From Takakia lepidozioides (taxonomy: Eukaryota > Plantae > Bryophyta), in the NCBI GenBank assembly GCA_030704615.1, contig CM060733.1, positions 67,208,001 to 67,272,000 of the forward strand: a stretch of DNA of 64,000 nt. Reading direction: 5' to 3'. Of this stretch, positions 51,441 through 64,000 are shown piece after piece. Under the pieces are notes generated by a model. It worked only from the letters and a program-made list of their open reading frames with translations, ran no database searches and was not told the origin of the DNA. Made by a program: the position numbers and the translations under genes. The stretch's first letter is position 1. Each line of letters begins with the position of its first letter.

Positions 51441-52790
51441 ATAATAGCGTTAATTTCGGCGTCAGCATCGTCCACAATGAAGACATTGGGTCGCCAGTTT
51501 GGCATATCTGCGAGGAGTGAGTCCCGCAAGGCTGTCATCCACGGCACAGGTCTGTTGTCCGCTTACGCGCGGATATGATGCAAGCAACTGGTATACCGTT
51601 CAGCCACTCGTCGAAAACCATCAACGTGTACAATGGGAACTGTTCAGATGCAGAATGTCAGATGCTGCTAATGTGCGCACACCCATAAGTCGTGCAAGCG
51701 AAAAAAATTGGGAAATGGACTTGTGATGATTTGTCCCGAAGGTTGCATCGCATGCAACGATTCGGGCATGACCTAATTCAAGCATTCGCTTCTTCTGTCA
51801 CTCAGTCTGTATGCCGATTGTGAATGTCAAATCTCCATCGTAATGCTTGAATGTTGGCGCCAATTTCTCCTCTTGATAGAAGAAGACCGATGCAGGGTTC
51901 TGGTCTTTCCACATGCGGACATTTTGCCACGCCCGTTTCTTGGCCAGGTTGCGGACATCTTGCTCCAACAAGAAATCATCCCGTGTCCATGCATCTCTTG
52001 ACCCGGTGTTGTTTATGACACGCTCTTTATGTTCCATCATGATTTGGGCAACCGACAGGCCTCGGCACAAATATTCGATGACCCATGCTTTCAATTCCTC
52101 ACTAATGTGTGGTGCATAGGTATGGCGGGTGTTCCTGAACTCAGCGGACTTCCAATACGAGGCTTTCCTTTAGGCGTCTGTATGCTCCATGTTGTTGTAG
52201 TACATGAGGACATAAATGTCGGGGACGAAATAGCATTGCTGGACCTTGAAATGGCATTGGCAACCACGCTTGTAAGACTCTCCATACTCCGACTTCTTTC
52301 TCCTTGGGCCTTTATGAGGGTGAGATGTTCCAGCACCCACAAGAGGTCCTCCACGCTTTAGTTTTGGATCTTCCACTATTGCATTGTTGGTGCGCTTGTC
52401 ATCAGGACCGTAACAGCATTGATACCTGGACATAAAATTCAAAATCGATATCCATCGACTTCTGGAAGCATGAAATCACAGTAGGTGGGAAACAAAAATG
52501 GCAACAGATATGCAATGAGATTACAAAAAGATAGTGAGGATGGTGCACACATGATACTGTTCAGAAATGTGTTGGCTTTGGGCTCTTTTCACATGCCGGG
52601 TTGCACTTTAGTATGGACATTCACCCAAAATTGAGTGGGGTAGTCCACCAAACTCTCCTCTCCAAGGACAAAGTTATCAACCTATCCCAAGGTATGCAGG
52701 CCTTGTGAACATTCACTCGCACACCCATATACCCATATTGCGTCTCTCTCTTCCAATGGAGGTCCTTCGTGTTTGAAGGGTCCTAGTTTT
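51441..52790 (-). pseudogene. MULE/Mutator-like transposase, 5' part, truncated by copy B
   Basis: YQCCYGPDDKR, KRGCQCHF, DDFLLEQDVRN, VFFYQEE, FTIGIQTE, WRPNVFIVDDADAEINAI, followed by a GTAAGT donor. Confidence 0.8.
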
Positions 52791-53360
52791 GGTGTTTGCA
52801 AACATTGTCGAAGAGGCCATATAAGCGGGCTTTCCGTTTTCCGAATATCATCGCCTTCTGCTTCCACGTCCATGCCCTGTACAGTACAGAGGATACGTTG
52901 CAGAACTTGCAAGAAATGCGCCGCTTGGATGAACATAGGAACAAATAATAATGCAAACGCTGAGCTGGCAGTATTGGATGAATTGACAATGAAACTCATT
53001 TAAAGATTCATTTTGGATGAATGGATGAAATTAAAATGCCAAAAAATAGAAAAACAAATGAATGGATGGATGTATTGATGGAAAACCCAAAATCCATCCA
53101 TCTATCGCTACATTCATCCATCCAGTCATGAGTAGAGGGGACTTAGCGTTTTTTTGTCTCCCCTGCCATCTGTTTGTTTTCTTTGTGTCGAGTTTGATTG
53201 TGAGAGACGACAAACAGGACGGAGCTGTGTTTGCTTTTTTATAGTGTCGAGTCTGATCATGAAAGACGTCGATCAGGGCGGAGCTTTGTTTGTTTTGTTT
53301 TAGTGTCGAGTCTGATCATGAGAGACGTCGAGCGGAGCTGGTGGGATAGGGGCCAGACAG

Positions 53361-53443
53361 GGACTCAAACCCTAGAATCGGGGCATGAAGATGTGGTGCA
53401 CGATGTGGCCATCGACTACTATGGGAAGCGGCTGGCCACCTTC
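53361..53443 (+). pseudogene. SEC13: SEC13 N-terminal WD40 fragment
   Basis: QTLESGHEDVVHDVAIDYYGKRLAT matches the conserved Sec13 N-terminus. Confidence 0.8.
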
Positions 53444-53489
53444 ACGAGCCAATTGGTGATTTGGGTCTCCGGGTCCAGGATTGTGTTTG

Positions 53490-55845
53490 CAATGCGGGAG
53501 CCCTGGAAAAGAGGAGAGGTCCATGGTGACATCTTCAAATCTAGAAGTGTACCAGATGTCATTCTGAAGACAGCCCTGGTGGACATGTATGCCAAATATG
53601 GGTGCATTGAGGATGCAAAGGGAGTTTTCAACACTATGGCTGAACGAGATGTGGTGTCGTGAACTCAATACCCTCATCAACATGTATGTCAAGTGCGGGA
53701 ATGTGGTGTATGCACATGGAGCGTTTGACAAAATGCCTGAACGAGATATTTCTACTTGGAATACAATGATGGCAGGATTTGCCAAACATGGGTGTGGTAG
53801 GGAGGCTTTTGAGGCCTATGAGCAAATGAGTGTTATTTTTTAGTAAAATTGTCAACAAGTTTGACTCATTTGTCATGGCATGTTATTGGCAGATGCTTTT
53901 GCACGTTTGGGGGAGAAGACAATTATATTGTCACCGGAAGTATTGGTTGCTGCAGATGTGCCACGTTGCAGGTTGGTCAAATTGCCCACATTTTCTCTTA
54001 CTGTGACGTAAGTTAAGATGTTGAACTTGGAAGTGGAGGAAATGTTTATACATCCCTCTTTCTCAATTTGAAGAAGGTAATTTTTCTTCTTTTGATTGTT
54101 TTGATGAGAATGTCTTGGTATCTTTGTCATGCATGAGCTGGCGGATTTAGGATTGCAGCAAGTCTTTGGTTCTTTATAGGTGATGCTTCAATGATCTCAC
54201 CGCTCCCTCCCCAAACTCAGTTTTCCTTCTATGTCAATGATTGGTGAGCCACCAACTCTTTGCAACCTTGCTGTGGGCTTTGCTTATCATCTGTTGGTGG
54301 CAGGCTTGTGCAGAATGCTGGTGAGTATGTTGTGACCTTCCCACGTGCCTATCATTTGGGATGATGCCAAACTGGGTCACCTTTATCTGTGTGCTGAAGG
54401 CTTCTGCCAACCTTGCAGCCCTGGAAATGGGCATGGTGGTCCATACTGACATCATCATTTCTGGAATCATTTCAGATATCACTCAAGAGAATACCCTTGT
54501 GAACATGTACGCCAAATGCGGGAGCCTTACTGGCGCTCCTCAAGTGCTCGACAACATGGCTAAGTGGGATGTGGTCTCATGGAATGCAATGATCGGAGGA
54601 TATGCTCTGCATGGGAAGGGCAGGGAGGCTTTTGAGACCTAAAATCAAATGAAAGAGGAAGGGGTAATTTCCCTGCTCAAAGCTTGTGCTAGCCCTGCAG
54701 CCCTGGGAAAAAGCAAGGACGTCCATGCTGACATTATCAAAGCTAGAATTGCCCCAGATGTCGTCCTGGAGACTGCCCTTGCATATATGTACACCAAATG
54801 TGGGAGCATGAAGGATGCACGTCAGGTTTCTGACAATATGGCTGAACAAAATGTGATCTCCTGGAGTGCTATGATCGCAGGATATGCTCGGGGTGTCTTG
54901 GGGAGGCCTTGCAACTATTTGAACTGATGCAACAGATAGGCTTAAAGCCAAATGCACTTGCGACCTATGAGCAAATGATTGCGCAAGGGGTATTGCCCAA
55001 CAAAGTCATGTTCATTTGCGTTCTCAATGCATGTGATCTCATGGAATGGGATGATGGCTGGATTAGCTCAGCCAGGTCACGCACAAGAGGCACTTGAACT
55101 ATTGACAGTGCAGCAAAAGAATTCTACTGAGAAAATTCGCCCTTTAGATACCAGAGTGGCTGAGCCTGAACAGGAACTACAAACCCTACATGTGATGATA
55201 GTTGGACTCGGCAAGACTGCCAAGGCTGATGAGGAGAGGGCAACTCCTCATGTGGGTAGTGCAACGGTAGTTAATGCTAGAATTTTAGTGCTTCAAAAAC
55301 TGCCCCAATCACACCTGAAAGCTGCTGGAGAACAACTTGATCTTTTGGCGGCTGACTTAACTGAGTTCAAACAGGAACAATGCAGCTCACAATAGCAGGT
55401 AGCAGAGCTGGTCATGGGCAAAGAGGTGCATGGGGATATCATCAAAGCTGGAATTGTACCAAACGTCATTCTGAACACTGCCTTGGCAGCTCTGGAAAAG
55501 GGGAAAGAGGTCCATGGCGACATCTTCAGAACTGGAAAGTACCAGATTTCATTTTGAACAACACCTTGGTGGACATGTTTGCAAAATGTGGGTGCATCTA
55601 GGATGCAAAGGGAGTGTTCAACACTATGGCTGAACAAGATGTGGCGTCGGGCAAGCCTGGCAGCCCTAGAGAAGGGCAAAGAGGTGCATGGGGATATCGT
55701 CAAAGCTGGAAAGTACCAAATGTCATTCTAAACACTGCCCTGGCAGCTTTGGAAAAGGGGAAAGAGGTCCATGGCGACATCTTCAGAGCTGGAATTGTAC
55801 CAGATGTCATTCTGAACAATACCCTAGTGGACATGTTTTCAAAAT
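53490..55845 (+). pseudogene. Scrambled PLS-class PPR gene fragments
   Basis: TALVDMYAKYGCIEDAKGVFNTMAERDVVS, NTLVNMYAKCGSL...DVVSWNAMIGGYALHG, LKACASPAALGKSKDVHADI. Broken by stops, local duplications and foreign inserts. Confidence 0.9.
53875..54362 (+). pseudogene. JmjC histone demethylase (ELF6/REF6-like) fragment: two exons plus intron
   Basis: LGEKTIILSPEVLVAADVPRCR | intron | LVQNAGEYVVTFPRAYHLG. Confidence 0.8.
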
Positions 55846-56008
55846 TCTGGAAGGTGGTTGTTGTTGTGCTGGTAAGAAGATGCCCAAGTATGGGCCTCCA
55901 TTTGACACCACTTGTATTACTCAATTCGACTAGATTAGGTGATGAAGGACCTTGAACTTAACATGGGCTTCTACTCAACCCGTAACCCTAAATGACTAGA
56001 TTAGGTAA

Positions 56009-56293
<285 letters not shown>

Positions 56294-56935
56294 TGAACAG
56301 AGTTGGTCTGCGAGATCTATGTCTTGATTTGAACTCTTTTGGGTATCAGGGTTTTGAGATGGATGCACCTTGATGTATACTAGGAAATAGGATGGTTTGA
56401 GGGGCACACACTATAGATGTGGAACTTCAGTTATCACCTAGATCCAGGTTTAAATTCAGAGTGAGGAGGCTTTGTGCTAGTGCAGCTTTAATGGGAGTTT
56501 CACACATAGGCATTCTGTGAAACAAACACGTCTGCTATCACTGTTCTACTTTGATAAAAGCAATCTTGCGTCTGACGTGACTTTGACTCCTCATCGCTTG
56601 TATGTCTGAATGTGCTCATTAAGTAGGCGTTGCATGGCTTAAGTGTTTGTTGTATTATTTTGGTGTACAACATGAAATATCATGAGCACGGCTCTCAAAA
56701 CTACAATTTCTACTTCAAACAATGAATATTATATTGGTTTTTTTTTAACACATTCCATTAAAATAATGTTTTTAATGTTTTTTATTTCCAAATTTTGTAA
56801 TTCTACTCATGAAAACCGATTGTCTTACTACTCCGCTCATGCCGCTCATGCTCATGAAATAGCTAACCTCATAAGATGATGCTGGGCATGCATATAACTT
56901 TTAGCTTGGGTTGGGAATGTGGCTTCTTACAACAG

Positions 56936-57007
56936 GTGCCTTAACAACAATCAGTTGACAGGTCACATACCCCGCCAACTCAAGGCTATCTCTAGCCTCA
57001 AAGTCGT
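56936..57007 (+). pseudogene. Isolated 72-bp LRR exon
   Basis: AG|...LNNNQLTGHIPRQLKAISSLKV|GTAAGT, a canonical plant LRR exon. Confidence 0.7.
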
Positions 57008-57094
57008 GTAAGTCTCTCCCTCATCCTTCGTTACTTGCTGTTTGAGTGAAGGAATTGCAATGATAGTCAGGAGCAGGAAGAAGAGTGGCTATTG

Positions 57095-59051
57095 CTAGAA
57101 ATGAACTTCAGTGAATTGAAACATCACCTTCTCTTTCGCTTCAACACATGCCGTTGAGAGGTGATGCAGTTTCTCCAACTGCATGGTCGGCTGCATGGCC
57201 CGAGAATTGTGTTTTGCAATCTCGGGGATGAAGTCCTTTCCAAGTGCCGGATCTGCAATGGCCACCAGCTTCACAAGCTTAGACTTATATTTCGTTCTGG
57301 ACTTGACCCCGGCTTCCTTCAAGTGCTCAGTCAATGACTGCAACGTTTTGACCTGCCCCTCACTTTCCATGAAAAAGCGTTTGGCATGGGCCAAATCCAG
57401 CTTGATGTTTGACTGCCAACAAAAACATGCAGAAGCGTTACATTCGATTCATGTGGAAAGATTACCGGAAATTGGGGAAGGATGAGCAGAGGGAAATGGG
57501 AGGACGACTTACTTCGTGTATCACCTCCACCATTCCATCCATAGTGAGACGATACCATGTCCGGTCAGTTTTTGCCACGGCTTTCTGAATGAGCTTGGGC
57601 TCCAGCATTTCCGCGAACATGTGCGGATCAGTGAGACCAGTTTTCCTCACCCTGTACAGCATATGTGCCATGTGGGTATGCACGTACGCATTTTCAGTGA
57701 CCCTGCAAGGCACAATCTCCAGTTCAGTCCACGAAAGCACGGAAACAAAACAGATTGGAAACCGAAATGCGGCACCGCATTTCGAACGTGCTTGGGAGGG
57801 TATGAGTATCTTACGAGTTGAGGTCCGTCATGGCATTCTTGAGCAGGAGGAGTCTGCCGCCTTCACCTTGAGGATGACACACTCCACCATGTAATGCCAG
57901 CCAATGTGCTTGGCATGGTTCTGCTTGATGTACTCCCACCAGGCGAGAAGTCGGTGATTCCCGTCCCACACATAGAACATTTTACCCGACATATGGCCAA
58001 AGTCGAGATCACCCTTCAGTGTTGCCTCGAATTCGTCGTTGCGAGTGTGCCAGTGGGTATCCCATGTTGACAATTCCTCCGCAGTGGGTCCCCGAGATTC
58101 GCCGTCCTCATTCTCAAGGGAAACGTAGAAGGCTGGCGAACCTAGACGGTACCCTTCTCGAAATGCGAACTTGAGCTTATCCACATCTCCGGGAAGTGCC
58201 TGCTTGACGATGGGAAGGGAGACCATGCGACAGAGTGGGACTCGAAGAGTCCGCTGGAATACCCTGCTGCCCAGAACTCTGCCAATGCTACTATGTGTCT
58301 CCTCCAACATTGTATCCGCTGCACTTTGGAATTCCTCCGGAGACATTTCTGTTGGTGGCGGTAGGGGCTGAGCAGCTGGAGCATCCCCAACTGGAGCTGC
58401 ACTCTGGGGAATCTTTGCGGACAATTCTGCAATCGCAGAGGCCTCCTCCTCTTCCTCAACTGTGGTCAGGTCTTGCTGCGAACGTTGAGAGGCAGCACCC
58501 TCCTCCGGCACCAGATCGACAAAAGCGGTCGATCCCATGGCCTTCGCTGCAGCAGAGACGACCCCTTGGGATTCAACAGGCTGGAAATCTAGCAGGAACT
58601 GGGCTTCAGCTCGTGGAATCGGTTTTGCGGGAGACTGCTCCGCCCTCCCCCTGATTGCCTTGTGCTTCCTCATTCTTGCAGGTGAAGGTGTCTACTGGAA
58701 TTGAATCTGCTTCATTCGCCTGGGTGGGGGGGAAACGGCATGGTCCGGTTCAAAAACAAGTTGAAGAACGGGCTGCTTCTTCTTCGTCTTTGCTGGAGAA
58801 GGGCTAGACCCCTGCTGGCGATTCTCCATGACCTTTGAAGGCGAGTCGTTCTCTGGGGCTTTGAACTGCAAAGACTTGCCCTTGGAAGCCGCGTCCTTGA
58901 AACGCACAGGGCTAGGACCGGCAGGAAGACCCGTGCTCGTGGATCGGCTGGGTGTGCGTGCTGCAACTAGCTCCACAGACTCTGCCTGCGGCTCTTCGGA
59001 TTCCTGCGATCCCTCCAGCACGTCCACCTTTCTGGTTAGGCATGCAAACAT
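57095..59051 (-). pseudogene. Multi-exon ParB/sulfiredoxin-like domain gene, 3'-truncated, probably transposon-borne
   Basis: VPLCRMV...DVDKLK..F..GY...FYVS...FYVWDGNHRLLAW carries the ParB/Srx DGxHR motif. Further exons at about 57710-57510 and 57414-57095 with GT-AG sites. Confidence 0.6.
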
Positions 59052-59679
59052 CTTCTGCAGTCAAGTCTCCTAGCATACAGTCTAAGAATTGCAGAAGAAA
59101 AATGAGGCGGGTTTCGGTGCTCGATCATCTGGCGAATCCCGATAGCACGGAGCTCTCACTGGTGGTTGGGTTGCTTGCGTGGCCTGATGCTGCGAGATGA
59201 CAATCTCCTCCTGTAGACACATCTGCTTCCTCCCCTTCGGCATTGGCCTACGTCCGAAATACAATTTTCGGAGATTGCGACAATGTCTCTTCTCTGGTGC
59301 ACGCACTCCCTCCCTCTCAGGTTCGAGCATAAGAAGAACAGAGACAGGGAAAAGGGGCGAAGAGTGCAGATGGAAAGGGCGCGAGAGGGGTGACTGAGGA
59401 GACACGACAAAAGAAGATGAAACGGCGGTGATGCACCACTTGGGTTCGAAAGGGTTGGACGAAAGTGTCTCCTCGTGGACTTTGCGTCATTACGAAATTC
59501 GAATCGTTCAGGGTACGCCTACCGTCCGAAAAACAAACATCATTATCCAACGGTCAGGCCGCGCCGCCTCATGCCACTTCAGTCAGATAGAGTGCAGACA
59601 TGTGCCGCAATTCCGTTGCTCCACGTGTTCACATTTCAAGGCATTTCCGTCCCAGCGTCTGATGAGTTGGAGTGAAAAT

Positions 59680-62103
59680 GCGAATGCGGCGCCGCATTTA
59701 CGTTAAGTACCATCACGAAGCTACACATCCGTACTTGTTGGAAGAAAATGCGGCACCACATTTCCGTTCCACCTTCACATACCTTAGTTGTTGAACGGAA
59801 ATAAGGTGCCGCATTTCCGTCCCACAGCTCCATGTATGAGATACAAAAGGGAAATGCGGCGCCGCATTTCCGTTCTGGAATGTCGAAAGGTGCGATTCGG
59901 ACGGAAATGCGGCGCAACATTTCAGTTCCCGTGGTTCATGATTTTCAATCTGAACGGAAATGCGGTACCAAATTTCCGTTCCCGCTTCACATACCTTAGT
60001 TGATGAACGGAAATGTCGTGCCACATTTCCGTTCGGGAAAGTATAAAGGTCTCACCTGAACGGAAATGCGGTGCCGCATTTCCGTCCCACAACTCCAGGC
60101 CTCATATACAAAACGGAAATGCGGCGCCGCATTTCCGTTCTACAATGTCGGAAGGTGCGACTCGGACGGAAATGCGGTGCCGCATTTCTGTTCCCGTTGT
60201 TCATAATTCTCAATCAAAACGGAAATGCGGTGCGACTCGGACGGAAATGCAGCTGAGTAGGCAGACATTGAAACACACAACGCTAAGACCAAGCTGACTC
60301 TCCCAAGAACCTTGTAAACATAAGGAAGAATACCAAATCATGGACTAACAGGAGCCAAGAGCCCACATATGCAGGATGGACAAACTTCTTCACATCGTAC
60401 ATTGAGAAAAAACCACACCTTGCGATTGAGAATTGTTGTTGACTCCCTCTCTTTGTCCTCATTCAAAAGCAATCGAGTGCAGGTGTCCAATCAAGCAACT
60501 GTGCCTCATTCAACTAACATTTATGTCTGCTTGAGGTGAAACTCTTATATGATCCACTAAACAGTACCTTATCTCCAAAATAATTGTGGTTGATTTTAAG
60601 CTACCTGATACAATACTGTTGCCAGCATCATTCGCAAACCCTCCCTCACCATCCACAATCCTTTGAACAAACTCTTTTCACATCCTGAATGAAGATAGAC
60701 ATACCTTAATCAACCTGTTGTCCTACCCGTATCGAAAGATCTGAGAATGTCGCCAGAGCTGATATTTTCTCCTTGCTAGACCTATGGACGATTACTGCCC
60801 CAACATCAGTACTTAGCCAGCAACAAAGAAGAGAAACCAGTTCCAAGCCAACTCCCTCGCATAGAGAAAAGGCCACACAAGCCTTTGTGGCTTCTTTGAA
60901 ACTAAAATCTGAGAATTGTTGTCTGCCAAACCCAGACATGTTGCATATCCAGGTCTCTGCTATTTGATGGATTGGAATTGTTACCGGATGACATCTCGTA
61001 CAATTCCAGCTTTGCCATGGATCTCTTCGCCCTTTTCCAGAGCTGCTAGGCTTGCACATGCATTTTAACAGCTTGGCAAAGACTCCAGTTGCTTTAATTT
61101 GCCCCTATGGAATTCTTCAAGGGCAACACTCTCAACAATTGTGAGGAACCTGATGGGTGACATACATCTACTTGACATCCTATGAGTAATCACACAATCT
61201 TTGACCAAGATCATCAGAAAATGAAAAGGAGAAATAGCTTAGGTGTTCCTCAGCGTCTTGTAACTGAAGGATTTGGTACTGTGAATGGTTTACTAATCCT
61301 TAAAGCTTAAACAAGACGAGCAAAATTACACAAGGGGTTCGTGTGGGACAAGTTCTTCGGGCAAATGATACTCATATTTGTGCTGGGCAAGAGACATGGG
61401 GAACTATGTTGGAAGGTGAGACTCCGACGGAAATGCGGTACCGCATTTCAGTTCCGATGTTTCACGATTTTTCGTCAGAACAGAAATGCAGTGCCGCATT
61501 TCCGTTCTGGAGAGTATGAAGGTCTCACCCGGGCGGAATTGCGGTGCCGCATTTCCGTTCTGGAATGTCGGGAGGTGCGACTCGGATGGAAATGCGCTGC
61601 CGCATTTCAGTTCCGATGGTTCACGATTTTCAGTCAGAACGGAAATGCGGTACCGCATTTCCGTTTTGAATAGTATGAATGTCTCAAGCGGTCGGAATTG
61701 CGCTATAGCTTTTCCACCACTCGGCTCCATGCCTAAGATACAAAACGGAAATGCGACGCCGCATTTTCGTTCTGGAATGTCGGAAAGTGCGACTCGGACG
61801 GAAATGCGGTGCCGCATTTCAGTTCCGATGGTTCAGGATTTTCAGTCAGAACGGAAATGCGGTACCACATTTCCGTTCTAGAGAGTATGAAGGTCTTGTG
61901 AGGACGGAAATGCGGTGCAGCATTTCTATCCCTCAGCTCCATGCGTGAGATACAAAACGGAAATGCGGCGCTGTATTTCTGTTCTGGTATGTCGGAAAGT
62001 GCGACTCGGACGGAAATGCGGTGCCGCATTTCTGTTCCCGTTGTTCATAATTCTCAATCAGAACGGAAATGCGGTACCGCATTTCCGTTCCACCTTCACA
62101 TAC
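59680..62103. repeat. Array of palindromic CGGAAATGCGG-n-CCGCATTTCCG units (about 60 bp period), interrupted at about 60253-61400
   Basis: About 20 units, e.g. CGGAAATGCGGTGCCGCATTTCCG at 60061. One further unit lies at about 57763 inside the ParB-like gene. Confidence 0.92.
60253..61400. other. Insert within the palindromic array carrying the 170-bp dispersed repeat and a PPR scrap
   Basis: Starts with the copy of 24793-24962. The minus strand at about 60990-61055 reads ASLAALEKGEEIHGKAGIVRDV. Confidence 0.55.
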
Positions 62104-63031
62104 TGTCACGCACCTCGCTTCGGTAAGCTCTCCCCTCAAGTCATAGTTACTCGCTTGATGCGCGCGCCTAACTCCGAACCTGGCCGCCGGGCGAACTTGG
62201 AGCTTCGGCTGCTCACCGGGACATAACGGTCCCCCCCTTGATCTCCCAAAGAACCCTCCAACGATTTGGAACCAGCGGAATTCCCTTTGGTAGTTGGCAG
62301 TCCGGAACAGCTCCCCACTCTTTGGTCGCTTTCCGGCTCGCTCGCTTACTCACTAGCTTTTGGTCACCAACGAGCTTGCACCGTTCTCGGGGTTACTACT
62401 CCCTATGTATACTTCTGTAGCTGTCCGCGGGGGTTTCACAAACAACCATGTCATTTTATGGCGAACCACCACGAACACCCTCGACTCCCGGTGATGAGTC
62501 GCGGTGAGTCTTGGCCCAGCCACCACGGCCCCTATGGACCGTGATGAGTCCCAAGACTCCCCACGACTCCCACCACGAGGTCTCTGCCCCAGGGTGAGTC
62601 CTATGCCACCCCCACTAAGTCCCGCTAAGCTACCACCACCCCTTGTGGAGCCACCCCCACCGCAACCCGGTGTGCGGGGCTCCACCTAGTGAGCGCCTCC
62701 GCCTCCTTGAGTGCCTTGGGCACTCAAGGGTGCTTCAGCCCCCCATACCTATCGCTGCCACTGCCCCCACCACAGGGGCAGCCCCTCTTGTGTCCCGACC
62801 CCCCAGCCCTCAAGGCAAAGGGCCGCGACACACACCCCTACCAACAGGGAGTCGATGTCCTCATCGGCTTGTCCATTTTGTGGAAACGAACATCCAAGTT
62901 GTGGCGTCCCACATCAAGGAGTTTGTTTCCGTACCATGGCGTCCCATGGCAAAGAACCAAACCCCACACTTGACTCTACTCTCCACTAGCTAGTTCGGCC
63001 GACTTCCTCCAAGTCCCGGCCAGGGGTGGAG
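62104..63031 (-). mobile_element. Second, partial copy of the chromovirus family: 3' LTR (62104-62830) plus 200 bp of internal sequence
   Basis: TGTCACGCACCTC...GGCCGCGACA closely resembles 14443-15152; 62831-63031 matches 15153-15355. Confidence 0.93.
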
Positions 63032-64000
63032 TGTCGCGCGGCTTTTACTCACCCATCCCTTCGCTATCCGAGGCGGAAACTCCAAGATAGAAGAGTTGGA
63101 AATCTCTAAGTACTCAGCCCGCTCAGAACAATCAGTCATGACCTACAGCTAGTGTATCATGGGGGTGTTTCCTATTTGTTTTCCTTTCCGCATTCATGTT
63201 AGCTAGCTACCTTACTATTGATAATTGAGTATCAGTTTGCTCATCAACTCATCCATTCATTCCACAGCTTCACTCAGATCTCTCTACACAGTGTGATTGT
63301 ATCGTATAAGTATCAGATTATGATTTATCAGGTATCAGGCCGAAGCCATTGTGTCTCTAATCTCCTCTACAATATCACTACAGCTTTGCATATAACAAGC
63401 ATTTACTAATCATCTCTCCTCCTTCACCGTGCTCTCCATGCTTGCTTTCGTTCTTCCTCTCCGCCCGATCCCCTCTCATCCATGACCAAGAATCCTCCCC
63501 CTCGAGTGCTTCCAAGATTGATCCCCTTCTCAGTCCTTGCTTCTCCCTTTATCTTCCTACCCGTGGCTCTAACCGTTTCCCTCACTAACCGCCGTCCGTG
63601 AACTAACATGTTCCATTTGTAGGTGTTGTTCCCCACAATCGTTCCCTGTCCTGCTATTCGTTCCCTATGGTCGTGACAGCTGTGTCAAGCTGTGACTGGC
63701 TGTGTGAAACTGTGACGGGCTGTGACTGGCTGTGCGACTGTGTTTGGCTGTGTCGGGCTGTGACTGGCTGTGACGACTGTGACGGGCTGTGATGGCTGTG
63801 TCGGCTGTGACGACTGTGTTGGCTGTGTCGACTGTGACGGGCTGTGTTGGCTGTGTCGGCTGTGACGACTGTGACGGGCTGTGTAACCCCTCTCTACAGT
63901 GCGCTGTTATCACCCCTAAGGCTCCTGTTGGTCTCAGTCTGTGCAAAAATTAAGGGTTCTCCTCAGATCCCGTAAAAATGTCTAAGTCCCTGGCAGTCCT
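63032..64000. mobile_element. Start of a nested insertion, probably another LTR element, running off the window
   Basis: Homology to the chromovirus stops after GTGGAG and new sequence begins TGTCGCGCGG. Confidence 0.5.
63670..63883 (+). repeat. Minisatellite of GGCTGTG(AC/TC) 9-10-mers
   Basis: More than 20 degenerate units such as GGCTGTGAC, GGCTGTGTC and GACTGTGAC. Confidence 0.9.

Noticed and set aside
53490-55845. Functional PPR RNA-editing factor
   Set aside because: Fragmented by stops and foreign inserts, with no E/DYW domain.

Overview
Repeat-dense, gene-poor plant DNA, probably from a bryophyte or other seed-free land plant (inferred from the PLS-type PPR fragments and the transposon repertoire). 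I see no intact host gene. The window is a stack of nested mobile elements. Recognisable parts: a full-length Ty3/gypsy chromovirus (14443-21376, 5-bp TSD ATGAC) and a second partial copy at 62104; a DNMT3-like methyltransferase remnant; a Replitron HUH remnant; hAT/DUF659 and MULE-like transposase pseudogenes; a ParB-like gene; two clusters of captured host exon fragments; and a 5-kb palindrome. The standout is an unclassified cassette present twice in opposite orientations (A about 6257-21615; B about 34860 or 38730 to 51428). Each copy has a hairpin+CTAG terminus, arrays of palindromic GCGACC...GGTCGC repeats, a non-RD protein kinase gene, a 120-bp/1-kb higher-order satellite, and a convergent gene of about 800 codons with a RING-H2 finger. 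Both copies are now disrupted. All alignments were done by eye and boundaries described as approximate are estimates.
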